Source: a virus. Taken from it: a DNA stretch of 64,000 nucleotides. Every line of letters starts with the position of its first letter. Position 1 is the first letter of the stretch. The DNA lies in the IMG/VR virus record IMGVR_UViG_3300028786_000009, positions 4,759-68,758 of that record. One strand, written 5' to 3'. A program made the position numbers and the translations under genes. Of this stretch, positions 1 through 8,728 are shown piece by piece. The notes below the pieces were generated by a model. That model saw nothing but the letters and a program-made list of their open reading frames with translations. It was not told where the DNA came from and did no database searches.

Positions 1-1
1 C

Positions 2-775
2 ATCACGCGCTACCTGCTCGGCCAGGACACCGCTACCAAGGCGCGCCACCAGATCGTGAGCAACGTGCTCGACCAATTCGCCTTCGACCCGGTGCCGCAG
101 ATGATCCGCCCGGGGCTCAACGCGTGGGCCAACAAGGACACTTTCCGCGACCGCCCGATCGAGAACATGGCCGACGAGTTCAAGCTGCCCAGCGAGCGCT
201 ACTCGAAGATGACTTCGCCCACCGCCGTCGGGCTGCTGCACGCAGCGCCTGGCGCGGCCGACGCGATCGGGCTGAGCCCGAAGAAGCTCGAGTACCTGGT
301 GCAGGGCTACCTCGGCACGATCGGGCTGTACGCGCTGGGCCTGTCGGACATGGCGCTGCGCGCGATGGAAAAGGACAAGCCGCCGGCCCCGGCGCGACGC
401 CCCGACGACCTGCCGATCGTCAAGAGTTTTTACCAAGTCGAGCCCGCGCGCGGCACCGTCTACGAAGACGACCTGTACAAGATGCGCCGCGAGGTCGAGC
501 AGATCTACCGTACCGTCAAGGCGCTCGAAGACGACGCCAAGGACGAGGCGGCCGAGGAGCTGCGCGCCAAGCACGAGGCCAAGCTGGACGTGCGCGAGAT
601 GGTGGTGGCCACGACCGAGGCCATGACCGATCTCAACAAGCAGCGTGACGCGGTGTACGAGGACCCGGACATGAGCCCGGCGGAAAAGCGCCGCGCGCTC
701 GACGAGATCGCGCGCGACAAGGCCGAGCTGGCGCGCGAGACGATGAAAGAGCCCGAGGTGATGGCCGCGCAGTAG
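2..775 (+). CDS. C-terminal part of a large polyvalent virion protein (LPD38-like domain), 5'-truncated by the window edge
   Basis: Frame is open from base 2. P.P...P.L..WANKD.F..RPIE, SP.K.EYL..GY.G..G and a helical tail (MSPAEKRRALDEI) resemble LPD38. Confidence 0.7.
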   Translation: MTRYLLGQDTATKARHQIVSNVLDQFAFDPVPQMIRPGLNAWANKDTFRDRPIENMADEFKLPSERYSKMTSPTAVGLLHAAPGAADAIGLSPKKLEYLVQGYLGTIGLYALGLSDMALRAMEKDKPPAPARRPDDLPIVKSFYQVEPARGTVYEDDLYKMRREVEQIYRTVKALEDDAKDEAAEELRAKHEAKLDVREMVVATTEAMTDLNKQRDAVYEDPDMSPAEKRRALDEIARDKAELARETMKEPEVMAAQ

Positions 776-784
776 GAGGGGGCG

Positions 785-1360
785 ATGCCCGACGACAAGG
801 AATTTCCGAACACCGAGCCGTACACCGGGCCGCGGCAGATGCCCCCGGCTCCGATGAGCGACTGGCGTGCTCAGGTGCAGCGCCACAACCGTGCCCTGGA
901 GCGGCGGCGGCGCTCGCGCGAGGGCAACCTGTGGCAGCACGTCATCACGGTGTGCCTGCGCATCCTGTGGCACTCGCACGCCTCGACGATCCGCGCCATG
1001 CTCGGGCTGTCCAGCCTGCTGTGGGCGATCGGCGTTTACACGCACCCGCAGTCGCTGTTCGAGTACCCCTACACCATCTTCACGCGGCTGACGCTCGGCC
1101 CCGCGCCCGAGATGTGGGTCGCGCTGTTCGGCGTGCACTTCCTGGGCACGCTGTGGCGCCTGTTCGATCCGCGCCAGCGCGTGAAGTGGGGCCTGGTGGT
1201 CAACAGCTACGGCCTGGCGCTGTGGCTGCTGGTGACGATCGGGCTGACGGTGGAGCTGCGCGGCCTGTCGCCGGCCAACGCCACCACCTGGGCGATCACG
1301 CTGTTCAGCGGCTGGGCGCTGTACAAGACGGGGGCGCGCGACGATCGTGTCAGCGCGTAG
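785..1360 (+). CDS. Multi-pass membrane protein in the lysis region
   Basis: GGAGG SD; about 4 hydrophobic segments; lies upstream of holin and endolysin. Confidence 0.6.
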   Translation: MPDDKEFPNTEPYTGPRQMPPAPMSDWRAQVQRHNRALERRRRSREGNLWQHVITVCLRILWHSHASTIRAMLGLSSLLWAIGVYTHPQSLFEYPYTIFTRLTLGPAPEMWVALFGVHFLGTLWRLFDPRQRVKWGLVVNSYGLALWLLVTIGLTVELRGLSPANATTWAITLFSGWALYKTGARDDRVSA

Positions 1361-1366
1361 CACAAC

Positions 1367-1774
1367 GTGCCAGGCCCCGACATCATGGCACTCCTCCCCG
1401 AGGGCGGCGTATTGGGCGCGGTGGCCGGCATCGTGGCCGGCGTGCTGGTGCTGCGCCGGCGCTGGTCGAGCGACAACAAGCTGATCGCCACCGAGCAGGC
1501 CGAGACGAGCTTCCAGCTCGTGCTCCAGCGCCGCCTGGATGCCACGCTGCAAGCGCTCGACGCGCTCCAGCGCGAGCACAACGCGGTGCAGCTCGAGCTG
1601 GGCTCGCTGCGCGAGCGGGTCAACACGCAGGCGCGCGAGCTGGTGGTCAAGAGCAACCGCATCCGCCGCCTGGAACGCAAGCTGAACATCTACATCGAAT
1701 CCGAGCACGGCGAACTCGACGACGCGCCGCGCGACGAGAGTGGGCAACCCAAACCGAGAGGACCACCACCATGA
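1367..1774 (+). CDS. Protein with N-terminal TM helix and coiled coil (lysis-associated)
   Basis: GVLGAVAGIVAGVLVL followed by RRR and a heptad-rich tail. Confidence 0.55.
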   Translation: MPGPDIMALLPEGGVLGAVAGIVAGVLVLRRRWSSDNKLIATEQAETSFQLVLQRRLDATLQALDALQREHNAVQLELGSLRERVNTQARELVVKSNRIRRLERKLNIYIESEHGELDDAPRDESGQPKPRGPPP

Positions 1775-2058
1775 GCGACATCACACTGAGCGACGCCATC
1801 CCCGTGAAGAAGACCTGGCAGGAGTGTTTCCGCATCGCGTGGCACCACTACTCGACCTGGTTCGTGCTGGCGCTGCACGCCGCGCTCGCCTACTTCCTGA
1901 CCCAACTGGGGCCTGAAAAGCAGGCCGCGATCATCTCGGTGGTGCCGGGGCTGGCGCCGTTCGCGAGTTTCATCGTGTTCGTGCTCACGAAGTCGATCCC
2001 GCAGGTGCTGACGGTCAAGGCCGCCGACCCGCCGGAGCCGATGGAGCCGACATCATGA
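1771..2058 (+). CDS. Putative holin
   Basis: 95 aa with two hydrophobic helices (MSDITLSD...); ATGA overlaps with both neighbours; near the endolysin. Confidence 0.55.
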   Translation: MSDITLSDAIPVKKTWQECFRIAWHHYSTWFVLALHAALAYFLTQLGPEKQAAIISVVPGLAPFASFIVFVLTKSIPQVLTVKAADPPEPMEPTS

Positions 2059-2237
2059 AGCCCCCGGACGACGACGACGGGCGCGATCCCTTCCCGCTGG
2101 GCATACCCACCAATCGCAAATCCCCGCCACCCGACCTGACCCCGATTCCGGGGCGCCCCCACTGGTACTACGATCGCCAGCGACACGAGATCTATCAAGA
2201 ACGAGAACCGGTGAAAAAGGAACCCCCATCATGCTGA
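2055..2237 (+). CDS. Hypothetical Pro-rich protein
   Basis: 60 aa ORF overlapping both neighbours. Confidence 0.4.
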   Translation: MKPPDDDDGRDPFPLGIPTNRKSPPPDLTPIPGRPHWYYDRQRHEIYQEREPVKKEPPSC

Positions 2238-2896
2238 CCAGGGTGCTGATCGATGTGGGGGTAACGCCCACGCTGGCCAAGCTGTACGCCGCCCCGCTGG
2301 TCAAGGTGATGGCCCGCTTCGAGATCAACACGATGCCTCGCAGCGCGGCCTTCCTCGCCCAGATCCTGCACGAGTCGAGTCGCCTGGCGCGCATGGAGGA
2401 GAGCCTGTGGTACACGACGCCCGAGCGCATCGTGGCTACGTTCGACCGGCTCAAGTCGTTGCCCGCAGACGAGCTGAAAGCGCTGTGCCGCAACCCGCAC
2501 GGCCTGGCCAACATGGCGTACGGCTCGCGCAACGGCAACCGCGGCGTGATGAGCGGCGACGGCTGGCGCTACCGCGGCTCGGGCGCGATCCAGATCACCG
2601 GCCTGGCCGCCTTCGTCGCAGCCCAGAAGGCGAGCGGGCGGCCCTACGTCGACCACCCTGAGCTGGTGCGCGAGAACCCCGAGGACGCGATCATGAGCGC
2701 GGGCCTGTACTGGGACGCCCACGGCTGCAACAAGATCGTCGACGAAGACGACTTCGACGGCGTGTCCAAGCTGATCAACCTGGGCAACCGCAAGGCGTTG
2801 CCTTCGCCCAACGGGGCACAGGACCGGCGCGACCTGTACGACGAGGCACGCCTGGCGCTGGTCAACGCCGACCCGGCGCTGCTGAGCCCGCCTTGA
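2231..2896 (+). CDS. Endolysin, glycoside hydrolase family 19
   Basis: AAFLAQILHES, GDGWRYRGSGAIQITG and SAGLYW motifs. Confidence 0.9.
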   Translation: MLTRVLIDVGVTPTLAKLYAAPLVKVMARFEINTMPRSAAFLAQILHESSRLARMEESLWYTTPERIVATFDRLKSLPADELKALCRNPHGLANMAYGSRNGNRGVMSGDGWRYRGSGAIQITGLAAFVAAQKASGRPYVDHPELVRENPEDAIMSAGLYWDAHGCNKIVDEDDFDGVSKLINLGNRKALPSPNGAQDRRDLYDEARLALVNADPALLSPP

Positions 2897-2900
2897 GCCC

Positions 2901-3455
2901 TCACTTGCCCTTGCGCAGCACCTCGGTGAACTCGTGCGGCAGCGCGCAGTTGGGCGGTGCACCGGCGAACATCGGCGCGATCCAGAACGGCGTGTAGCCG
3001 GCCAGGCCGCAGCCCACCGCGGTGAGCCGAAAGCGCAGCTCCGGGTGCTCGCGCGCGTAGGCCAGGAAGCGCTCGACGTACACGCGAATCGCCGCCAGCT
3101 CGAGCGGGCGCAGCATCCGGTCCTTGGTCGGGATGGCGTAGGAATTGCCCTGGCGGCCCTCGCCCACGCCGTAGATCGCGCCGTGCTCGCACGCGGCGGC
3201 CAGCGCCGCACCCTTGCCGTGGCGCCCCGCCAGGTTCGAGCCGAAGACGAAGATCTCGCACCGCTCGGGTCGCGCGAAGTGGGAGTACGACTGCGCGGCG
3301 CGCACGCAGCGCTCGTTGTCCAGGCAGTAGCGAACGTTGTGCAGGATGGTGCCCTTGGCGAAGCCGCGCAGCTCGCTGATGTCGGTCTGGTGCACGCCGA
3401 TGTCGGCATCGTCGCGCTCGATGCCGCAGATGTGGCAGGTCCAGGTCAGGCTCAC
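2901..3455 (-). CDS. A1S_2505-like phage protein with an N-terminal Cys-rich extension
   Basis: IFVFGSNLAGRHGKGAA...SYAIPTK...VGCGLAG; GTG start overlaps the upstream stop. Confidence 0.75.
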   Translation of the reverse strand: MSLTWTCHICGIERDDADIGVHQTDISELRGFAKGTILHNVRYCLDNERCVRAAQSYSHFARPERCEIFVFGSNLAGRHGKGAALAAACEHGAIYGVGEGRQGNSYAIPTKDRMLRPLELAAIRVYVERFLAYAREHPELRFRLTAVGCGLAGYTPFWIAPMFAGAPPNCALPHEFTEVLRKGK

Positions 3456-3760
3456 GGCGAGCCTTGCGCGCGCAGCACCGACAGCATCATCGCGTGGCCG
3501 GCCATCGCGTCGTCCCAGGTCTGGTAGCGGCGCCCGGTGAGGTGGTGCTCGCGCGTGTCGTCGAAGATCAGCGTTTCGAACAGAATCGGCCCGCCGGGGC
3601 GCAGCCAGCCGAGGTCGATGCCGAGGAACACGGTGCTGAGATTCGCCGAGCCGACCGAGTCGAAGGCCAATTGGCGCCCAGTGCCGTCCATCCACACCGC
3701 CCATTCCATGAAGTCCTCGCACGGCACTGGCTGGTGGCCTTCGAGCACGTACAGACCCAT
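3452..3760 (-). CDS. Hypothetical phage protein
   Basis: STVFLGID...PILFETLIF...RY.TWDDA.AGH pattern is common in small phage proteins. Confidence 0.65.
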   Translation of the reverse strand: MGLYVLEGHQPVPCEDFMEWAVWMDGTGRQLAFDSVGSANLSTVFLGIDLGWLRPGGPILFETLIFDDTREHHLTGRRYQTWDDAMAGHAMMLSVLRAQGSP

Positions 3761-3771
3761 CAGCGCCGTCT

Positions 3772-3981
3772 TCAATGCAGCTCCGACGGCGAGGCGCGCA
3801 GCTCGCGCACCACCTGATCGAGCAGGTCGGCCAGCACCGCGGGCCCCAGCGGCGTTTGCGTCTGCACCGAAAAGCCGGTGCCGCGGCGGCCGTTGAGCAC
3901 GATCACGATCGCCGCCTGGGCCTGCGCCATCTCGCGCACCAGGGTGCACTCCGAGTCATATTTTCCGGGTCCTTGCGGCAT
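3772..3981 (-). CDS. Hypothetical protein
   Basis: MPQGPGKYD...; AAGGGA SD upstream. Confidence 0.6.
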   Translation of the reverse strand: MPQGPGKYDSECTLVREMAQAQAAIVIVLNGRRGTGFSVQTQTPLGPAVLADLLDQVVRELRASPSELH

Positions 3982-3997
3982 CGTCGATCCCTTTCTT

Positions 3998-4094
3998 AAA
4001 TATGGCGCGTAAATATGGCGCCTGCGGGCTGTGCCAATATGGCACCACGCCATATTAGTCACGCCATATTATTGGCGCACGAGGCGCCATATTT
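3998..4094. promoter_or_regulatory. Cluster of six AATATGGC half-sites including a perfect AATATGGC-N5-GCCATATT palindrome (4036-4056)
   Basis: Read directly; AT-richer intergenic gap. Confidence 0.65.
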
Positions 4095-4401
4095 ACCAAT
4101 ACTGCTTGACCTGCTGCGCGTACAGGTCGGCGCCGTGCGCCAGGTCCTCGAGCATGGCCGCGCCGCCGGGGTTGCCCGCCATTGTTGCCTGCTCGGCCAG
4201 CGTGTCGCGCAGTTGCTGCGGGTCGAAGTGGCCGGTGGCCAGCAGCGACAGCAGCACGCCGCGCATCGTGGCCTGGACGCTGTCCATCGCGCCGGCGAAG
4301 AAGGTCTGGAACTCGCCGCGCGTGAGCGGTGCGCTCATGTCGGCGCGCCATATTTCCTCGGGGATGATCCACTCGGGCAAGGGCTTGTCGGTGGTGCTCA
4401 T
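4093..4401 (-). CDS. Hypothetical protein
   Basis: MSTTDKPLPEW...; coupled start/stop overlap. Confidence 0.6.
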   Translation of the reverse strand: MSTTDKPLPEWIIPEEIWRADMSAPLTRGEFQTFFAGAMDSVQATMRGVLLSLLATGHFDPQQLRDTLAEQATMAGNPGGAAMLEDLAHGADLYAQQVKQYW

Positions 4402-4727
4402 TGGTTGGGCTCTCCCTTGGATGTCGAGGGGAAAGCGATGTCCAGCCTCACCGCCCCGGCGGCCTTCATATCCTCGATCGTGGGGGGACCGAGAACCTCG
4501 AGGGCACACTGCGAGAAGGCGCGCATCACCGTCACGAACTGAGGCCACGAGGTGAGCACCACCGCGGGCACGGGCTGGCTCAGATCCTGGTCCTCGATCG
4601 GATCGGCCAGCAGGGAGATCACCAGCACGGGCTTGCCCTCGAACGACTCCTCGCCGAGCTGGAACTTGCCGGGGCGTGCCGTGATCGGCGGCGCGCCGCC
4701 TTCTTCGGGCGTCACCGGCCGGCTCAT
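4398..4727 (-). CDS. Hypothetical protein
   Basis: MSRPVTPEEG...; ATGA overlaps. Confidence 0.6.
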   Translation of the reverse strand: MSRPVTPEEGGAPPITARPGKFQLGEESFEGKPVLVISLLADPIEDQDLSQPVPAVVLTSWPQFVTVMRAFSQCALEVLGPPTIEDMKAAGAVRLDIAFPSTSKGEPNQ

Positions 4728-5035
4728 TGCAGCGGCCCGTCGCCAGGGCCTTCGCCGGGCCGCCCGATCACCATCATCGTGCAGCCGGTCGCATCGGGCG
4801 GGCCGAACACCGCGTTGGCCGTCTCCATCAGCAGGCCGACGACGCGGATCACCGCGCCCCAGTCGTCGAGCATCACCGCCGGGTGCAAGGTGCCGTCGTT
4901 GGGCTTCTGGCCCTCGCCGAGGATCGACAGCATCAGCATGCGCTCTTGGCAGTCGTCGCACACGATCAGCCCCATGTTCAGCGTGCCGGGCGCGGTCTTG
5001 ACGTGCCCGTGGGGCTCCTGGTTCATCTGCGTCAT
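4724..5035 (-). CDS. Hypothetical protein (CxxC)
   Basis: AGGAG SD; coupled overlap. Confidence 0.6.
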   Translation of the reverse strand: MTQMNQEPHGHVKTAPGTLNMGLIVCDDCQERMLMLSILGEGQKPNDGTLHPAVMLDDWGAVIRVVGLLMETANAVFGPPDATGCTMMVIGRPGEGPGDGPLQ

Positions 5036-5283
5036 CGTGGTTCTCCTTCTGGTCGGGTCGGGTGGGTGGCAAGCTGTTCTAGCTTAGACGCCAGGGTGCG
5101 CATGACAACCGCTTCGCGCTCGCGAATCGCCGCGCCTTCGAGCAGCCAGCGCGCCTTGTCGAGCAGCGTGACGCGGCTGTTCTCCAGGAGCTGCAACTGC
5201 TTCGCGTCGGTGGCCAGCGACAGCTCCATCAGGTGGACGAGCAGGCCCAGAATCACTTCCGCCGCGGGGCTGGTTGTGCTCAT
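5032..5283 (-). CDS. Hypothetical protein
   Basis: Fills the coupled operon. Confidence 0.5.
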   Translation of the reverse strand: MSTTSPAAEVILGLLVHLMELSLATDAKQLQLLENSRVTLLDKARWLLEGAAIREREAVVMRTLASKLEQLATHPTRPEGEPR

Positions 5284-5981
5284 GTCAAATCAGCCTCGGC
5301 GGGGGGCGGAAACAGCATGTCGGCCATGCCGCCGAGCCCGAAAACGCTCACCGCCGCGCTGTAGACGATCTCGGCATTCCAGGCCACGAACACCGTCACC
5401 TGGCTGTTGATGCCGTCGTCGGTGCTGCACGCCGAGGGCTTGCTGGTGACGAAATACTTGCGGCACGCCATCGGCCGGTGCGCGTAGACCTTGCATCGGT
5501 CGTCGGCGCCGAGGAACACGCAGCGCCGATCGGGCGCGTCCAGCTCGTGCCAGTTGCGCAGCCGCACGCCGGCCTGGCGCGCGAGCCGGGCGCGGTCGAT
5601 GTGGATGCCCTTGCGCGCGGCGATGATGCGCAGCAGCACGCCCTCGGCCTCGGTGATGCCGGTGTGCAGCTTGCAGCAGTGGGCACAGCCCTCGCTGCAC
5701 CGCACCTTGCGCGCCTGCTTGTCGTTCGCCTGGTGCCAGCGGATGGCGCTGTCCATGAGCTGGTGCAGCGTGGCCGCGATGTTCTGCGGCTCCTCGTCGC
5801 GGATGCGCCGGAACTCGGCCTCCCAGTGGTCGTGCCGATCGCGCAGCCCGGGGATGTCGGCATCGGTGATGGCGCCTTGGCGGATCGCCTCGAGCAGCGC
5901 CATGCTGTTCAGGCGCAGGCCCTGGTACAGCTCGCCCAGCGCCAGGCCGCGCGCGAACATCGTGATCGGTTGCTCGGTCAT
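5280..5981 (-). CDS. YkgJ-family (CxxGCxxCC) Zn/Fe-S cluster protein
   Basis: CSEGCAHCC...CVFL...CKVYAHRPMACRKY. Confidence 0.85.
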   Translation of the reverse strand: MTEQPITMFARGLALGELYQGLRLNSMALLEAIRQGAITDADIPGLRDRHDHWEAEFRRIRDEEPQNIAATLHQLMDSAIRWHQANDKQARKVRCSEGCAHCCKLHTGITEAEGVLLRIIAARKGIHIDRARLARQAGVRLRNWHELDAPDRRCVFLGADDRCKVYAHRPMACRKYFVTSKPSACSTDDGINSQVTVFVAWNAEIVYSAAVSVFGLGGMADMLFPPPAEADLT

Positions 5982-6631
5982 GGCTTGCCCCAGATGGCCA
6001 GGTAGTCGCGCCCGTCGGACATCGCGCGCGAGTACAGCCAGCTCGGGTACTCGACGTAGTGCTCCAGCCGGCGAATCGGCTTGCGATGGTGCACCCCCTC
6101 GTGGCCGATGTGGATGTAGGTCTGGCAGCGCTTCAAGATCCAGCCCTCGTCGACGCCCACCTCGTTGCCCTTGTCCAGGGGCCGGCGCGGGTCGTAGCGG
6201 TGCGTCACCCAGCAGCCGATCACCACCTCGGGGCGGTGCTTTTCGATCGCCGCGCGCGCGTCCAGGGGCTCCACGTTCCGCCCGTAGGGCGCGATGCCCT
6301 GGCCCATCGCCTTGTACTGGAGCAGGTACTTCGGCACGAGCTGCTGGTAGCTGTCGGTGGCCGGGATGTGCAGCGCCTCGGCCAGCACGCCGTGGCCGGC
6401 GCCGATCTCGATCGCGCGGCGCGGCCCGATGATCTCGCGCAGCCGCTGCACCAGCTCGACGGTGGGAAAGCTGTACAGCCCGTTGCGCACGCCGAACAAG
6501 GCCCGCTCCTCGCGACGGGTGGCCGCCCAGAACGCGGCGCTCAGCACGCGCAGCCGCCCGTCCTCGGGATCCAGCGCCTCGTCCAGCGTTCGCAGGCCGG
6601 CGGTGTTGAGCAAGTAGGTGTCGTTCTTCAT
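5978..6631 (-). CDS. SAM-dependent methyltransferase-like protein
   Basis: AIEIGAGHG motif I; FPT.ELV and VIGCWVTH. Confidence 0.6.
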   Translation of the reverse strand: MKNDTYLLNTAGLRTLDEALDPEDGRLRVLSAAFWAATRREERALFGVRNGLYSFPTVELVQRLREIIGPRRAIEIGAGHGVLAEALHIPATDSYQQLVPKYLLQYKAMGQGIAPYGRNVEPLDARAAIEKHRPEVVIGCWVTHRYDPRRPLDKGNEVGVDEGWILKRCQTYIHIGHEGVHHRKPIRRLEHYVEYPSWLYSRAMSDGRDYLAIWGKP

Positions 6632-7167
6632 CAGTCGACCCTCGCGCCGTGCTGCCACCACTGCACCACCGTCCAGGGGCCGGCGCGCAGCACCGCCGAG
6701 GGCACCTTGGTCGTCAGGTCCATCAGGAGCTGGGCCTTGTAGCTCATCGTGCTGGCCAGGCCGAAGCGCTCGGGGCGCCGCGTCGACACGTGGTCGTTCA
6801 CGTTGAGCACCACGCCCTCGCCCATGTCCACCTCGGCGTCGATGAACTTGAAGCGCGGCAGCGCCAGGAACGGGCACACGCGCAGCGCGAACACGGCGCA
6901 CGGGAAGTGCATCGGCAAGTCGGTGAAGACGTGGCTGTCGATCGAGCCCGGCCCGCCGATGAACCACACGCGCTCGCCCATGCGCTGGCCACAGATGCCG
7001 CAGCCGCGCGCGTGGTACAGCGCCTGCCATTTCTCCATGTCGATGACGCGAAAGTTGGGCACGCCCCAGGCATCGTCGAGCACCATCGACGGCACCGGCA
7101 GGCCCTTGTGGCGGCGCAGCGCGGCGATGCGCTTGGGCATCGGGACGCGGGGGTCGAGTTGCATCAT
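6631..7167 (-). CDS. Cys/His (Zn-binding) phage protein, paralog of 11833-12507
   Basis: GLPVP...CGICG...PMHFPCAVFALRVCPFL. Confidence 0.7.
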   Translation of the reverse strand: MMQLDPRVPMPKRIAALRRHKGLPVPSMVLDDAWGVPNFRVIDMEKWQALYHARGCGICGQRMGERVWFIGGPGSIDSHVFTDLPMHFPCAVFALRVCPFLALPRFKFIDAEVDMGEGVVLNVNDHVSTRRPERFGLASTMSYKAQLLMDLTTKVPSAVLRAGPWTVVQWWQHGARVD

Positions 7168-7427
7168 GGGGTGTCCTCGAACATCGTTGCCAGCGCCCGG
7201 TTGATCTCGGTCTCGATTTCCTGAATCGTCGCCCAGCGGCCCCGTGGGAACCACTCGGGCCGGTCTTCCGGCGCACGCTTGGCGGCCTCGACGATCAGCA
7301 TGGCGATCTCAACCGCGACGAAACTGTGCACCCACTCGTGCGGGCCGATGGCCGCTTCGAGCATCAGGCGAAGGCCGTCCAGCGTGTCGCTGTGGTTCGA
7401 AATGAAAACGCTGTCGTCGTACATCAC
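7164..7427 (-). CDS. Hypothetical protein
   Basis: Coupled ORF with GGAGG SD. Confidence 0.55.
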   Translation of the reverse strand: MMYDDSVFISNHSDTLDGLRLMLEAAIGPHEWVHSFVAVEIAMLIVEAAKRAPEDRPEWFPRGRWATIQEIETEINRALATMFEDTP

Positions 7428-7657
7428 GCCCGCCCCTCCAAGACGGCCTTGCCGAAGGCGTCGAGTTCCTGATCGATGCCGTCCAGGATCGCGGCACCGG
7501 CGTCGTCGCTGACCTCGCCGATGTCATTCATCAGGCGCAGCAGCGCGCGCGCACCCGAGTAGAAGGCGCGGCGCATCTCGATGCGCTGCACCGCTGGCGC
7601 GCCCTTGGGCACGATGCGCTGCTCGAAGTCGGCCCACAGGTCGGCAACGGTGTTCAT
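7424..7657 (-). CDS. Hypothetical protein
   Basis: VQRIEMRRAFYSGA motif is common in phage ORFs. Confidence 0.65.
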   Translation of the reverse strand: MNTVADLWADFEQRIVPKGAPAVQRIEMRRAFYSGARALLRLMNDIGEVSDDAGAAILDGIDQELDAFGKAVLEGRA

Positions 7658-7941
7658 GACGGCGCCCGCTTGGTGGCCAGGAACACGGGGCGCTCGGGCT
7701 CCTCGAGCACCAGGCCATGGCCCAGCGCCACCGCCTGGGGACCGGCGAGTTCGACCGGGTTCTTGCGCATCGACTCGGCCACATCCTCCAGGTCCCAGTC
7801 GGCGCCCAGCAGCACGCCCATGCCCGGGGTGACGAACGTGTGCACGGTGGTGCGGCCGTCCTCGTGGGTCTTGATGTCCAGCATCTCCATCGCCTGCGCG
7901 ATGCTGACGATCACGCGCTCATTGGCGTCGGCGTCGCTCAT
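7654..7941 (-). CDS. Hypothetical protein
   Basis: VHTF...LLGADW; coupled. Confidence 0.6.
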   Translation of the reverse strand: MSDADANERVIVSIAQAMEMLDIKTHEDGRTTVHTFVTPGMGVLLGADWDLEDVAESMRKNPVELAGPQAVALGHGLVLEEPERPVFLATKRAPS

Positions 7942-8192
7942 TGCGCCCTCGGCGTCAGGCGCAGCGCCGGGTCGACGCTCACGGTGGTGTCAGGCCCGAC
8001 GAACTGCATGACGAAGTCGCGCAGCGCCTCGATGTCCTTGCCGACCATGATGTGGATCGTGCCGTGGCCGCCCATCTGAGCCAGGTCGACCCTGAGCATC
8101 TCGCCTTCGCGCATGCGCCTCACGTTCTCCTCGGTCAGGCCGAACAGGAATATCGGGTTGCCGTTGGCATCGTCCGCACGGGCTTTCAGCAT
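7938..8192 (-). CDS. Hypothetical protein
   Basis: AGGAG SD; coupled. Confidence 0.6.
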   Translation of the reverse strand: MLKARADDANGNPIFLFGLTEENVRRMREGEMLRVDLAQMGGHGTIHIMVGKDIEALRDFVMQFVGPDTTVSVDPALRLTPRAQ

Positions 8193-8202
8193 GGTGTTCT
8201 CC

Positions 8203-8502
8203 TTAGAACCAGGTTTCGACGACGTTGGGGTGATCGCCGGGCGAGCGGGGCATGCGCGTGAGGCCCGGCGGGATCAGCGAGCGCACATCTTCGAGCGTGC
8301 GCCCGAGCAGCATCACGACGGTGGGCAGGTCGTAGTGGAACGCGCGCGCGACGAAGAAGTCGGGCTGGTCGCGCGGGTGGTCGAACACCACCCAGTTGAC
8401 CAGCGGGTCGTCGTGGCGCGCGTCCCAGGGGCCGCCGCAGTTGGCCGGGTCGGCGCAGTGAATCATGTTCGCGGCTCGGCACGGCTCGCAGCGCTTGCTC
8501 AT
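8203..8502 (-). CDS. Hypothetical protein
   Basis: WVVFDHPRD.PD.FVAR...IPPGL.R..R...D.P.VVETW. Confidence 0.65.
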   Translation of the reverse strand: MSKRCEPCRAANMIHCADPANCGGPWDARHDDPLVNWVVFDHPRDQPDFFVARAFHYDLPTVVMLLGRTLEDVRSLIPPGLTRMPRSPGDHPNVVETWF

Positions 8503-8652
8503 CTCCCAACCCCTATGTTTTCCGACATGCGATTATTGGCGAACTGCAAACGCTGTCGCGGCTGAACTGCAAACGCTTACGAACCAAAACGCATGGCGGA
8601 TGCGGTTGTTCTCGCGGTTGCGAACCTAAGTCCTTGTCACACAAGGTGAGAG

Positions 8653-8701
8653 GCGGATTGCAAATCCGGTCAGGAGGGTTCGACTCCCTCTCGCGCCTCC
8701 A
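8653..8701 (+). mobile_element. Putative attP core: 3' half of tRNA-Cys(GCA)
   Basis: Anticodon arm CGGATTGCAAATCCG, T-arm GAGGGTTCGACTCCCTC and acceptor 3' strand ending CCA; no matching 5' half; about 190 bp upstream of the integrase. Confidence 0.8.
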
Positions 8702-8715
8702 AAAAACTCCTTCTA

Positions 8716-8728
8716 AATCAACACGTTA
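8716..8728 (+). promoter_or_regulatory. IHF consensus site next to attP
   Basis: AATCAAcacgTTA matches WATCAANNNNTTR. Confidence 0.5.

Noticed and set aside
8620-8701. Complete functional tRNA-Cys gene
   Set aside because: No 5' acceptor strand or D-arm complementary to the 3' end; better explained as an att core.
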